Source of the DNA: Clostridia bacterium
GTDB taxonomy: Bacteria; Bacillota; Clostridia; Oscillospirales; CAG-272
Length of the DNA stretch: 64,000 nucleotides
Direction: 5' to 3'
Assembly: GCA_017455185.1 (NCBI GenBank)
Contig: JAFTBN010000021.1
Location: 21,897-85,896 of the forward strand
Position numbers and translations under genes: made by a program. This document shows, piece by piece, positions 45,459 through 54,654 of this stretch (its first letter is position 1; every line of letters begins with the position of its first letter). The notes under the pieces were generated by a model, which was given only the letters and a program-made list of their open reading frames with translations, was not told the DNA's origin and did no database searches.

Positions 45459-47558
45459 TTAATCCGGCCGGTCGAACACCGCGCACAGCCAGCACACCAC
45501 GTGAGCCGTGAACCCGTGGCACAGGCTGGCATGAGGCGTGTCGTTTTCCCAGAGCGTGCCGGTCTGCTCGCTCATGGAGGCAAAATACCCCTTGATGTCC
45601 GCCAGCAGCGCCTCCCGGCAGCCGTAGCGGAACAGCAGTTCGAGACGCAGATAATCCCCTACGAACGTATTGGCCTTTGCCACGTCGGGATGCAGCGCTT
45701 CCCTGCCCGGCCCGAACCGGGTCTGCAGAAGATTCCAGAGATCCGGCGCCGTCCGGGGCGAAACGAGACCGGTGAAGAATGCGAAATACTGACACACCTC
45801 GCTCTTGTCCTGCGCGACCTTCAGCCGTCCCTCTGCGTCCCGCAGCGCGTGATCCCTGAAATAGGTTCCGTCAAAGGACTGGGCGGTAATGGTGCGGCGC
45901 ATCCGCTCCGCCCGTTCCGGATATCCGGGCTCCCCGTACAGCCGCCCGTAGGTTTCCAACACCTTGGCATACAGCATATTGGACGGATAATGGACGTCCT
46001 GAACCCATTCGTTGGCCCGGGACCACTCGACAAAGACCCAGGAGCCCAGATGCTCCAGCAGACCGTCCTCGTTGAGGAACGTATCCAGAAAGGCAATCAG
46101 CGCGTCCAGTCTGGGACGGAACGCAGCGATCAGTTCCGCGTCGCCGCTTCTCTGCGCATACTCGCCGATCTGAAGCACAAGCCACATAGCCCAGTTCGGA
46201 ATGTACACCGAATTGGGATGAGCCGCGGGATAGCACATGGGGAGCATGCCCGGGGGAAGCGGACTCTCTCCCCGGTAAAGCAAATAATTCTCCAGAAAGG
46301 CCTTTTCCACCCGGCTCTCCCCGGTCAGGCAGCGCTCAGCCCGCGCGGCAAAGAAGCTGTCGCACAGCCATCCGGCCCGTTCGCGCGACGGACAGTCCAT
46401 AAAGATGTCCAGGGCGTTCTGGCGGAATGTTTCCACCGCCGCATCCCAGATCCGGACCAGTTCCGGGTCGTTCTTCATCCCTTCGGGCATCGGACGGATC
46501 CAGGCGGAGGATTCCACCTCAACAAGGCCCGCTTCGCTTATGCGGGCCTGTCCCTGCGTGACCACCATCTTGAGGCCCTGCGTCGTAAAAGTCTCCATCG
46601 TAAGGACCCGGGTCGTACCGGGCTCAAGATCGAAACGGGCGATATTGCACACATCCCCCATACGGAACGGGTCCACGTCCCCTTCCCTAAGCAGCTCGTC
46701 CATCAGGACGTAAACCGTTGTCCGGACCGGACAGACGGCGACGAAGGACACCAGCCCCGTCCGGTTGCCCGGAAGTGCGAACGTACGGAATTCTCCGGCA
46801 TACAGTTCGGTCCCGTCCTGCGTTTTCTGCCGGACAAACGCCATTTTCCCGACCTCGTCGGTCAGGCAGACTTCCAACTCTTCTTTCGAATACCCTTTGA
46901 TGCCCGGACTGATGCCCAAAAGGCTCCGGTCTGTATAAACGTACAGGGGCTGTTCCGAAAGGGACACCTTCCCCTCAGAGCTCACCCGGGCCGCCGCAAG
47001 GAAGCGCAGCGTCGGCGGGAGCGTTTCTGTGGGCAAAAGGTCCGGCAGGTGCGCCGGAACCGTTATGACCGGTTCCTCCTTTTTCCCCTGGTCGTTCCAA
47101 TATTCCGAAAAGCCCCGCTGGTAGCTGTACCGCTGGGTCTTCTGAACCCTTTGGCGCATCCAAAAGGCAGACCAGCCGCCCTCCGGGTCGCCGGTGTATA
47201 CCTGCACCCTGCCGTCGATCTCTATCTCGGCCGCAAAAAAAGGCTCCTGCTCCACGCAGGCGTACTGGTTGATGCCGTAGGAAAGCACATCCACGCAAAT
47301 GCGTCCGCCGGCGCGATCCAGCGGAATTCTCAGTACGCGGGCAAACCCATATGCGGCCCTTGCCGGGCCGCAGGAAATCAGCCGGCCGTTCTGAAACACC
47401 CGGAACAGATCCGCCGCGCACATGGAAAGAGACGCCTTCTCTCCGCCCGGAATTTCGGCGGTGTAGCGAATCAGCCGGTTCCTGTTCTCGCCGCCCTTTG
47501 CCCAGACGGCTTTTGCCTGCCGGAAAAAAGGCGCTGTCGTTTGCCTTTCCTGATTCAT
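45459..47558 (-). CDS. GH78-related six-hairpin glycosidase-like protein, no signal peptide
   Basis: 699 aa. The motif FMDCPSRERAGWLCDS parallels the GH78 DCP.RER.G..GD motif. Has an (alpha/alpha)6-like C-terminal half. The stop lies 9 nt before the MBOAT start. Confidence 0.7.
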   Translation of the reverse strand: MNQERQTTAPFFRQAKAVWAKGGENRNRLIRYTAEIPGGEKASLSMCAADLFRVFQNGRLISCGPARAAYGFARVLRIPLDRAGGRICVDVLSYGINQYACVEQEPFFAAEIEIDGRVQVYTGDPEGGWSAFWMRQRVQKTQRYSYQRGFSEYWNDQGKKEEPVITVPAHLPDLLPTETLPPTLRFLAAARVSSEGKVSLSEQPLYVYTDRSLLGISPGIKGYSKEELEVCLTDEVGKMAFVRQKTQDGTELYAGEFRTFALPGNRTGLVSFVAVCPVRTTVYVLMDELLREGDVDPFRMGDVCNIARFDLEPGTTRVLTMETFTTQGLKMVVTQGQARISEAGLVEVESSAWIRPMPEGMKNDPELVRIWDAAVETFRQNALDIFMDCPSRERAGWLCDSFFAARAERCLTGESRVEKAFLENYLLYRGESPLPPGMLPMCYPAAHPNSVYIPNWAMWLVLQIGEYAQRSGDAELIAAFRPRLDALIAFLDTFLNEDGLLEHLGSWVFVEWSRANEWVQDVHYPSNMLYAKVLETYGRLYGEPGYPERAERMRRTITAQSFDGTYFRDHALRDAEGRLKVAQDKSEVCQYFAFFTGLVSPRTAPDLWNLLQTRFGPGREALHPDVAKANTFVGDYLRLELLFRYGCREALLADIKGYFASMSEQTGTLWENDTPHASLCHGFTAHVVCWLCAVFDRPD

Positions 47559-47605
47559 CCTTTGCCTCTTTCCGCACGCCCGAAGACGGCTTTTTTCTCC
47601 CTTTT

Positions 47606-47634
47606 ATTATACTATTCCGGGGCAGTAAAAACAA
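47606..47634 (-). promoter_or_regulatory. candidate promoter of the GH78-like/MBOAT/DHHW operon
   Basis: Minus strand reads TTGTTT (47634-47629), 17-nt spacer, TATAAT (47611-47606). Confidence 0.5.
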
Positions 47635-47779
47635 GGGACGCGGAGGGAAACTCATTCTTTTTCCGACTTGTCTTTCCAACCGGCGACGCCGACCCGAAGC
47701 CGAAGAAAGGAGTGGGTTGTTAATGGTTTGTTCATCTATATATGGTAAAATTTTTTATCTGTCGATATAGGAGGCCCCT

Positions 47780-50146
47780 ATGAGAAACAATCTTTCTTTA
47801 CGAATGATTCTGGCAGTCGTTCTTTGTCTTGTCATTCTCTGTCTTTTGCCTGCCTGCGCAAACCATACGCAGACCGATGAAACGGCGGGAAATACACAGA
47901 GCGAAACCGAAACAAATGCGGAAACCGACAACGAAAGTCCGAAGATTGTCTTCAGTTCCCCCGAAGGAACGGGATACACCGTCATCCGCTCGGATACGTC
48001 CTCGCAGTTCATCACAACCGCTTCCACGACCCTTCGTAAGGCACTGAATGCGGCCGCGGGCAACAACGACATCGGAATTACGACCGACTGGGACGGTCCT
48101 GATGCGCAAGTGGCGGAAGACGCGCTTGAAATCGTCGTCGGCAATACCAACCGTCTGACTCTTTCGGATACGGGACTGAGTCTGGAAAAAGATCAGTTTG
48201 TCCTTTTCGTCAAGGGCAGCCGCCTGTTCATCCTCTCTCCGACCGACCCGGGCGTATGCGCCGGCGTTGACTACCTCATCGCCGAACTTCTCGGATACAA
48301 CGAAGAAGCCGGGACCTACTCCGAAACCGGGCTTTCCCTCCCTTCGGATTACCGGTATACCGGTGAATATGAACCCAACCCGGACCTGGTCCTTCTGCAG
48401 CCCGAGGTTTATCTGAAATCCCCCTACGACGCCAACGACACAACCCGTCTGGTCGTCTGCCTGCAGGGATTGCTGAACGCCCGTGCCAGTGAGACAAACA
48501 CCTACTTCTATCTGCTCAACGATTCCACGGATACGTTCTGGCTGAATTACCTCTCCGAAAAAGGAAAGATGTTCAACAATTCTTCGCGAACCACCGTTTC
48601 CAATTTCACCGAGTTCTGGAAACTGGTCAAGGACTACGCAACGCAATACGGCATGGTTCTTTGGGATACCGATGTTCCCGCCACGGCCAACGTCGCCTCG
48701 ACCATCTGCTCGGTCAACCATTACCTGCCGGTCAAGTACGACACGGCGGAAAAATCCCTTTACAATTTCCTTAAATCCGAAGGCGTAGAGGTCAAGCAGA
48801 ATCTGGTCGGACTGTTCGAAGGCGCAGCCCCTGGCTCCATAATCGCCGACACGAACCTTGCCTCATCGGGTTCCTCCAAATGCGACGCCTATCTCTGGGC
48901 CATGGACAAATACCTGGACCAGACCAACGACCGCATGATCGCCTACGTACTGGACGGAGCAAGTTCCGTACCGACCAACGTCATCTATCAGACCTACGGA
49001 AATCCGGGACCTGACATGAACCAGCTGTTCAATCACGACTATCTGATTATGAACCGGTGCTTCTTCTTTGACCTTTCCGTGGTCGGCGATGAAAAGCCCT
49101 GCGACGATCCCGACCAGCCCATGGGCACGGATCTCAAGACGGCGAAAGCCATCCTCCAGCGCACATACGAACGCTCGGGCGGAGAAATCGTGGAATGCCT
49201 CGGATTCCCGATGTGGTGGATGAAATACACCCAGTTCCACAACAACGGAAAAACCGAGCCGGTCACCCTGGAATGGATGTTTGCCGAACTGATCACCACT
49301 TACAACTGCGCCATGGAAGCCGATGCGGCATCCCCGGCCTATCTGACGAACGCTTCGGTCTATTCCCAGTACAAGCTGGCTAAGACGACTTACGAGAACA
49401 ACCATCAGATGCAGAATCCGGACAAAAAATTCGATTCCAAGACCAAGTACTTTACCATTTACATCGGAGACTACGACTCCTCCGCATGGCTCAAATACCA
49501 CATTCCGAAAGTCTGGAACGACAAGGCACGCGGAACCGTTCCCCTGATGTGGGGCTTCAACCCCAATCTGTCCAACCGCGTCCCCATGGTGTTTGATTAC
49601 ATCTACGAGACCATGACCGACATGGACTATATCGTCACGGGCGACTCCGGCGCCGGCTATGCCAACCCGTCCGCCATCCTGAAGGAAAACATGCGGGAAG
49701 GACGCAAGAGCGGAGAAAACGAATGGATTGAGTACAATATGCCCTTCAACCAGCGGTTCGACCTGGACATCTGCGGCTTCCTGCTCAACGGAAGCAACAC
49801 CATCACCACGGATGTGCGCGACATGTACAACGAGATGTTCCCGGCCGGTTCCTTCACCAACGGGGGAGGCGTAACCGTCTACAAAGGTGTGCCTTATATC
49901 GGCATGAATCTGGACGTATATTCCTATACCGAATACAAGGACATGTATACGGCCTTCCGCAACTCCGGCACCAACTTCTGCGTTTACCGCACCATCTGCT
50001 GGACTGCGACCGACCTCAAAGCCCTGATCGAAAACTACACCGAATTCCTCAACGGCAAAAACGACGGCTATACTTATGAATACGTAGATCCCTACACCAT
50101 GTTCGAATTGATCCATCAATCCGGTCAGGGCCGGATCATCAACTGA
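47780..50146 (+). CDS. lipoprotein, GxGYxYP-like putative glycoside hydrolase (paralog 1)
   Basis: 788 aa with an AGGAGG SD and lipobox LLPAC. Motif GDSGAGYANP. Shares long identical blocks with the next gene. Confidence 0.7.
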   Translation: MRNNLSLRMILAVVLCLVILCLLPACANHTQTDETAGNTQSETETNAETDNESPKIVFSSPEGTGYTVIRSDTSSQFITTASTTLRKALNAAAGNNDIGITTDWDGPDAQVAEDALEIVVGNTNRLTLSDTGLSLEKDQFVLFVKGSRLFILSPTDPGVCAGVDYLIAELLGYNEEAGTYSETGLSLPSDYRYTGEYEPNPDLVLLQPEVYLKSPYDANDTTRLVVCLQGLLNARASETNTYFYLLNDSTDTFWLNYLSEKGKMFNNSSRTTVSNFTEFWKLVKDYATQYGMVLWDTDVPATANVASTICSVNHYLPVKYDTAEKSLYNFLKSEGVEVKQNLVGLFEGAAPGSIIADTNLASSGSSKCDAYLWAMDKYLDQTNDRMIAYVLDGASSVPTNVIYQTYGNPGPDMNQLFNHDYLIMNRCFFFDLSVVGDEKPCDDPDQPMGTDLKTAKAILQRTYERSGGEIVECLGFPMWWMKYTQFHNNGKTEPVTLEWMFAELITTYNCAMEADAASPAYLTNASVYSQYKLAKTTYENNHQMQNPDKKFDSKTKYFTIYIGDYDSSAWLKYHIPKVWNDKARGTVPLMWGFNPNLSNRVPMVFDYIYETMTDMDYIVTGDSGAGYANPSAILKENMREGRKSGENEWIEYNMPFNQRFDLDICGFLLNGSNTITTDVRDMYNEMFPAGSFTNGGGVTVYKGVPYIGMNLDVYSYTEYKDMYTAFRNSGTNFCVYRTICWTATDLKALIENYTEFLNGKNDGYTYEYVDPYTMFELIHQSGQGRIIN

Positions 50147-50185
50147 TCTTACAAAAGCGAAACACGTGCAAGAAAGGATTCCTCT

Positions 50186-52594
50186 ATGACACAAAGCAAA
50201 CAATACGGAATCAGAATCATTCTGTTTCTGCTCATTCTTTCCATGGTCGGCTCTTTGCTGGCCGCCTGCGGAAACACTCCGGACGTTCCGGATGAAAGCA
50301 AGCAAGGCACAACACCCGACGAAACATCGGGCCAGAATCAGGAGACCGAGCCTGCGGGCGACGTCAAGGTGTTTTCAGCCGAAGACCTGAATGATTTCAA
50401 AATCGTCCGTTCGGACCTGATCACCTCCTCTTCCGACCCGGTGATTCAGGCAGCCACCTCCCTTCGCAAGGCAATCAAGACCGCAACCGGCGCCAACGTC
50501 GGCATCGGCGTGGACTGGCTGGCAAACAAGGAGGAAGACACGACCCAGTACAAGGAAATTCTGATCGGAGAAACCAACCGGGCGGAAACCGCCGCGGCAA
50601 AGGCGCTCCTCGGCGAGAACCAGTACCTCATCATGATCAGCGAATCCGGAACCAAAATTGTCATTATCGGTTCGGATTCCTTCGGTACAATTGCGGCGGT
50701 GAATTACGTCATCAACACCCTGCTCGGATATGACGAAGCAGCCGGCACCTACGCAAAGAACTCTCTGGCCGTTCCGGAAAAGCTGATCGTCACCTACCAG
50801 CCTCCGACGGATTTCTACAACATCGATGCAAGCGCCCTGCGGAATTCGTTCAACAACGAAAACGACCAGACCCGGTTCATCGTCTCCTTCCAGGGCATTT
50901 ACAACCGTGACGCCAAGGAAAAGAACAAATACCTGTTTGTCGGAACCGACAGTACGGACGACTTCTGGCGGGATTTCATGCAAAGCGAAGGACATTATTT
51001 CGAGTACTCGCGCAACATCCCCGTCACTTCATTCCGGGATTTCTATTTACTGTTCGAAGATCAGATCAAGGAACTCGGAGTCGTCCTGTGGGATACGGAC
51101 GTTCCCTCCACGGCCAACGTAGCAGCGACCATCTGCGGAGTTGAGGGATGCCTGCCGGTCCGGTACGACGAATCCTCCTCTTCCCTTTACACCTATCTTG
51201 TCACGCAGAACAAAATTGAAGTCAAGCACAATTTGGTCGGCATGTTCGAAAACGCAAAGATCGGCTCGCTCATCGCCGACACCAACCTGGCTTCCACCGG
51301 TTCCTCCAAATGCGATGCTTACATCTGGGCGCTGGACCAGTATATGAGCAAGACCAACGACCGGATGATTGCTTACACGCTGGACGGCGCGGGCACCATC
51401 CCGACCAACCAGGTATACCTCGACTCATCCGGACACGGTCCCGACTGGAACCAGATTTTCAGCCATGACTACCTGATCATGAACCGCTGTTTCTTCTTCG
51501 ACCTCACCATTACGGGAGACGAAGCTCCGAACGACGACCCGACCCAGCCTCTGGGGACCGACCGTGCCACATGCGTCAAAATCATGCAGACCATGTATGA
51601 ACGCGCAGGCGGCAATATGATTGAGCTGATGGGCTTCCCTCCCTGGTACATGAAATATACTACGACCGGCGGCCACGGCAAAGTTGCGCCGACCGTGCTG
51701 GAATGGCAGTTCGTTGAATTCATTACATCCTACAATGCGTTCAAGGAAGCGGACGCCGCTCACCCCGCCTGGATGACCAATGGCTCGGTCTACTCCCAGT
51801 ATGAACTGAAGCAGACAAGTTATGAAAACCACAACAGAAGCGCGATGCCGGACGTTACCTACGACTCCAACACCCGCTACTTTACCATTTACCTGGGCGA
51901 CTATGACTCCTCGGCCTGGATGAAGGCGCATATCCCGGGTTTCTTCCAGGATAAGGCCAGAGGCACTCTTCCCCTGATGTGGGCCTTCAACCCCAACCTT
52001 TCCCGCCGTGTTCCGATGGTATTTGAATATGTATTCGAAAATCTGACCGACTACGATTTCGTCGTGGCCGGGGACAGCGGAGCCGGATACGTCATCCCGA
52101 GCGCATTGATTGAACCTTCCCTGCGCGGAGGCAGACCGAGTGGAGCCCAGGCATGGATTGACTGGTGCAAGCCTTATATGGAAAAATTCAACATGGACAT
52201 CGTCGGTTTCATCATCAACGGAAACAACCGGGTCAACAAAGCCATCTTCGAAATGTACAACAAGATCGCTCCCGTCGGTTCGTTCCATAACGATTCCAGC
52301 AAACGTCTTTACAAGTATGACGGAACCCTTTACCTGCATCTTCAGAACGGCATCGACCCGGACGGCGGCGAGAAAACCTATCAGACCATGCTGGACTATA
52401 TGAACAACGGAAAAATCAATTTCGCAGCCTATCGGACGGTCTGCAAATCCCCGTCCCAGATCAAGGCTTGCGTGGAAGGATTCATTGAATACGCCGAGGC
52501 GCATTCCGATTATACCTATGTATATGTGGATCCCTACACCCTGTTCGATATGATTGAAGATTCCCGTACCGCACAGGAATACACGGGAAGCTGA
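50186..52594 (+). CDS. lipoprotein, GxGYxYP-like putative glycoside hydrolase (paralog 2)
   Basis: 802 aa with lipobox LLAAC. Motif GDSGAGYVIP. Shared blocks include WDTDVP(A/S)TANVA, SSKCDAY(L/I)WA, NDRMIAY, HDYLIMNRCFFFDL and YFTIY(I/L)GDYDSSAW. Confidence 0.7.
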   Translation: MTQSKQYGIRIILFLLILSMVGSLLAACGNTPDVPDESKQGTTPDETSGQNQETEPAGDVKVFSAEDLNDFKIVRSDLITSSSDPVIQAATSLRKAIKTATGANVGIGVDWLANKEEDTTQYKEILIGETNRAETAAAKALLGENQYLIMISESGTKIVIIGSDSFGTIAAVNYVINTLLGYDEAAGTYAKNSLAVPEKLIVTYQPPTDFYNIDASALRNSFNNENDQTRFIVSFQGIYNRDAKEKNKYLFVGTDSTDDFWRDFMQSEGHYFEYSRNIPVTSFRDFYLLFEDQIKELGVVLWDTDVPSTANVAATICGVEGCLPVRYDESSSSLYTYLVTQNKIEVKHNLVGMFENAKIGSLIADTNLASTGSSKCDAYIWALDQYMSKTNDRMIAYTLDGAGTIPTNQVYLDSSGHGPDWNQIFSHDYLIMNRCFFFDLTITGDEAPNDDPTQPLGTDRATCVKIMQTMYERAGGNMIELMGFPPWYMKYTTTGGHGKVAPTVLEWQFVEFITSYNAFKEADAAHPAWMTNGSVYSQYELKQTSYENHNRSAMPDVTYDSNTRYFTIYLGDYDSSAWMKAHIPGFFQDKARGTLPLMWAFNPNLSRRVPMVFEYVFENLTDYDFVVAGDSGAGYVIPSALIEPSLRGGRPSGAQAWIDWCKPYMEKFNMDIVGFIINGNNRVNKAIFEMYNKIAPVGSFHNDSSKRLYKYDGTLYLHLQNGIDPDGGEKTYQTMLDYMNNGKINFAAYRTVCKSPSQIKACVEGFIEYAEAHSDYTYVYVDPYTLFDMIEDSRTAQEYTGS

Positions 52595-52647
52595 CGGATT
52601 CATTCTTCCCTATCCTTCATCCGCCAGGCCGGAAGGCCAAGGCGGAA

Positions 52648-52688
52648 AGAGGACCGGCAAACCATTTGCCGGTCCTCTTTGTCTTTTT
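52648..52688 (+). terminator. intrinsic terminator after GxGYxYP-like paralog 2
   Basis: 14-bp stem AGAGGACCGGCAAA/TTTGCCGGTCCTCT (52648-52661 with 52665-52678), followed by TTGTCTTTTT. Confidence 0.85.
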
Positions 52689-52766
52689 CATGCCCGGCCC
52701 ATGCGGTCGGCCTGTTCGCCATTCCTTTTTGCACAGGGCTTCAGGGCCCGATTCACATCGGCGCAT

Positions 52767-52795
52767 CATAAAACCCGGGGCAAAAATGCCCCGGG
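52767..52795 (-). terminator. intrinsic terminator after the M3-like peptidase gene
   Basis: CCCGGGGCA (52774-52782) pairs with TGCCCCGGG (52787-52795). On the minus strand it is followed by TTTTAT. Confidence 0.7.
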
Positions 52796-52847
52796 CAATA
52801 CGGTATTGTTTTCAGATGAAATTGGACGGATACCCGTCTTAAGCCGT

Positions 52848-54593
52848 TCATCCCAACAATGCTTTGAAGGTGTCCGACAATTCCTTATACAGGGATTCTT
52901 CAAACGGAGAGTGCATTCCGTAATCGTTCAGCATTTCGAGGTAATCCACCTCAGCCGGAACGCGGGCTACTTTCATATACGTGTCAATTCCCAGCTGACG
53001 ATCCGAAGCCGAAATGGCAAAGATGTCCAGGGCCGAAATGGCAGACATTCCATAGCTGATGTAATAGAAAGGAGTGGCGAAATGGTGGGGATACAACGCC
53101 CAGTAAGCACCGGCCGGAACAACACTCTCCTTAGGCAGACCATAAGAATTATCGATAGACTGATACAGCTCGCAAAGCGACTCGTACGTCGGATTTTCCT
53201 GGGCAAACGCCTTCTGCTGGAATTCATCCTGGCGCGCTGCATCAATAATGGAGTACAGCATATTTCCCAGCTGCATCTTCAGCAGTACGTTGTATTCTTT
53301 TTCGCTGTAATTGTTTTTGATGACATCCAGGAACAGCAACTCGTTTGCCTGAGACTGGATTTCATTGATATCCAGCACCTGGGTCGCTTCGTACCCGCCC
53401 AGATAGAACGCGAAGAAATGGCCGAATTCATGGATTAAGGTGCCGATGTAGTCATACCCCTTGGTGGAAACATTCAAAAAGACATAGGGCTCATTGTATT
53501 CCATAAGGCGGGTGGTAAAGGAACCGGGATACCGCTTGGTCGAATATCCGCTGCTGATCAGCTCGTATTCATTCATATAGTTGTATGCCTCAAGCATTTT
53601 GGGAGAAATGCTTGCAAAATACTCCTCCATCGGAGTCTGCAGTTTATTGAGCAGAGCGCTCTTGCTCTCCCATATCTGCTGGAGTTTCTGTTCTTCAGAA
53701 GACAGCAGCGTAATGGACTGATAGAGCGGACATACATAGGACTTGACAAAAGCCCAATATTGCTCCGCTTCTTTCGGGGTATAGTCCCGCCCCAGATCTT
53801 TATATTGCAATTCGGCAACCGAATTGAATCCGGCCAGTTCCGCCATCTGCTTGTACAGAGGCATCAGCTTCAAATAGAGTTTCCCGGATTCCTCACACAG
53901 TTTAACGTAGTATTCGTCCTGATACTGCATGATCCGGTCGTATGTCATTTTCCCTTTGTAATACTGATCGACCAATTCGTCCATGGTGTACTCGGCCCCT
54001 TCAAAGGTCAGGGTCAGCGTTGCCTGAAGATTCTGCTCCTCATGCGCAATCTTGTCGGCCGCATCCCGAAGCGCCATATACTCATCCGTATAGGTCTTAT
54101 ACCCTTCCATAATGTCCTGAATGTCTTCCTCGGTCAGATCCTTCTTGAACTTTTCGGACATGGGACTGTCGGTCAGCACCTTGTAACAGATCTGATAATA
54201 CGCAACAATCATGTCACTCGTGTACTCATCCATCAGTTCGGACTCTTTGCTGTAGGTGTCATCCGAAACGTCCTCGTTGTACTTCAGGTTGGCCAATGTC
54301 GACATCGTCATGACATGTGCGAAATAATCATTGTACTCTTCATAGATTTTGGAAAACTTTTTGTAATTGCTTCCTTCTCCCGCCTGACGAAGTGCTTCAA
54401 TCTTCTCCTGAACCTGGCTTTCCTCCACCAGTTCATACTGCATTTCCGAGAATTTAACTGTCCCGGGTTCATTCGATGCTTCCCGCGCAAATCCGCAGGC
54501 AGCCATGCTGAAAAGCATGGCCAGCAGCAACACCCATACGATTGCCGTCTTCAAGAAGCCGTTTTTCCTGATCATAGTCATCATCACACCCAT
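52848..54593 (-). CDS. M3-like zinc metallopeptidase lipoprotein
   Basis: 581 aa with lipobox SMAAC. HEXXH zinc motif LIHEFGHFF in the C-terminal third, as in oligoendopeptidase-F-type enzymes. Confidence 0.65.
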   Translation of the reverse strand: MGVMMTMIRKNGFLKTAIVWVLLLAMLFSMAACGFAREASNEPGTVKFSEMQYELVEESQVQEKIEALRQAGEGSNYKKFSKIYEEYNDYFAHVMTMSTLANLKYNEDVSDDTYSKESELMDEYTSDMIVAYYQICYKVLTDSPMSEKFKKDLTEEDIQDIMEGYKTYTDEYMALRDAADKIAHEEQNLQATLTLTFEGAEYTMDELVDQYYKGKMTYDRIMQYQDEYYVKLCEESGKLYLKLMPLYKQMAELAGFNSVAELQYKDLGRDYTPKEAEQYWAFVKSYVCPLYQSITLLSSEEQKLQQIWESKSALLNKLQTPMEEYFASISPKMLEAYNYMNEYELISSGYSTKRYPGSFTTRLMEYNEPYVFLNVSTKGYDYIGTLIHEFGHFFAFYLGGYEATQVLDINEIQSQANELLFLDVIKNNYSEKEYNVLLKMQLGNMLYSIIDAARQDEFQQKAFAQENPTYESLCELYQSIDNSYGLPKESVVPAGAYWALYPHHFATPFYYISYGMSAISALDIFAISASDRQLGIDTYMKVARVPAEVDYLEMLNDYGMHSPFEESLYKELSDTFKALLG

Positions 54594-54654
54594 CCTTTCC
54601 TTTGCTCAATTCTGCTTTTCGATTTCATTGTCCGCTGATATTCTGTCATTCCCG

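Noticed and set aside
44392-45795. A 467-aa same-strand alternative-frame ORF over the MBOAT gene
   Set aside because: Its Arg/Gly/Ala-rich product has no hydrophobic helices, whereas the overlapping frame gives a canonical polytopic MBOAT.
44481-47723. A 1080-aa plus-strand ORF spanning two genes
   Set aside because: It is entirely antisense to the MBOAT and GH78-like genes, which have clear family motifs and SDs. Its product is Arg/Pro/Gly-rich low-complexity sequence with no SD. This is a typical shadow ORF of G+C-rich coding DNA.
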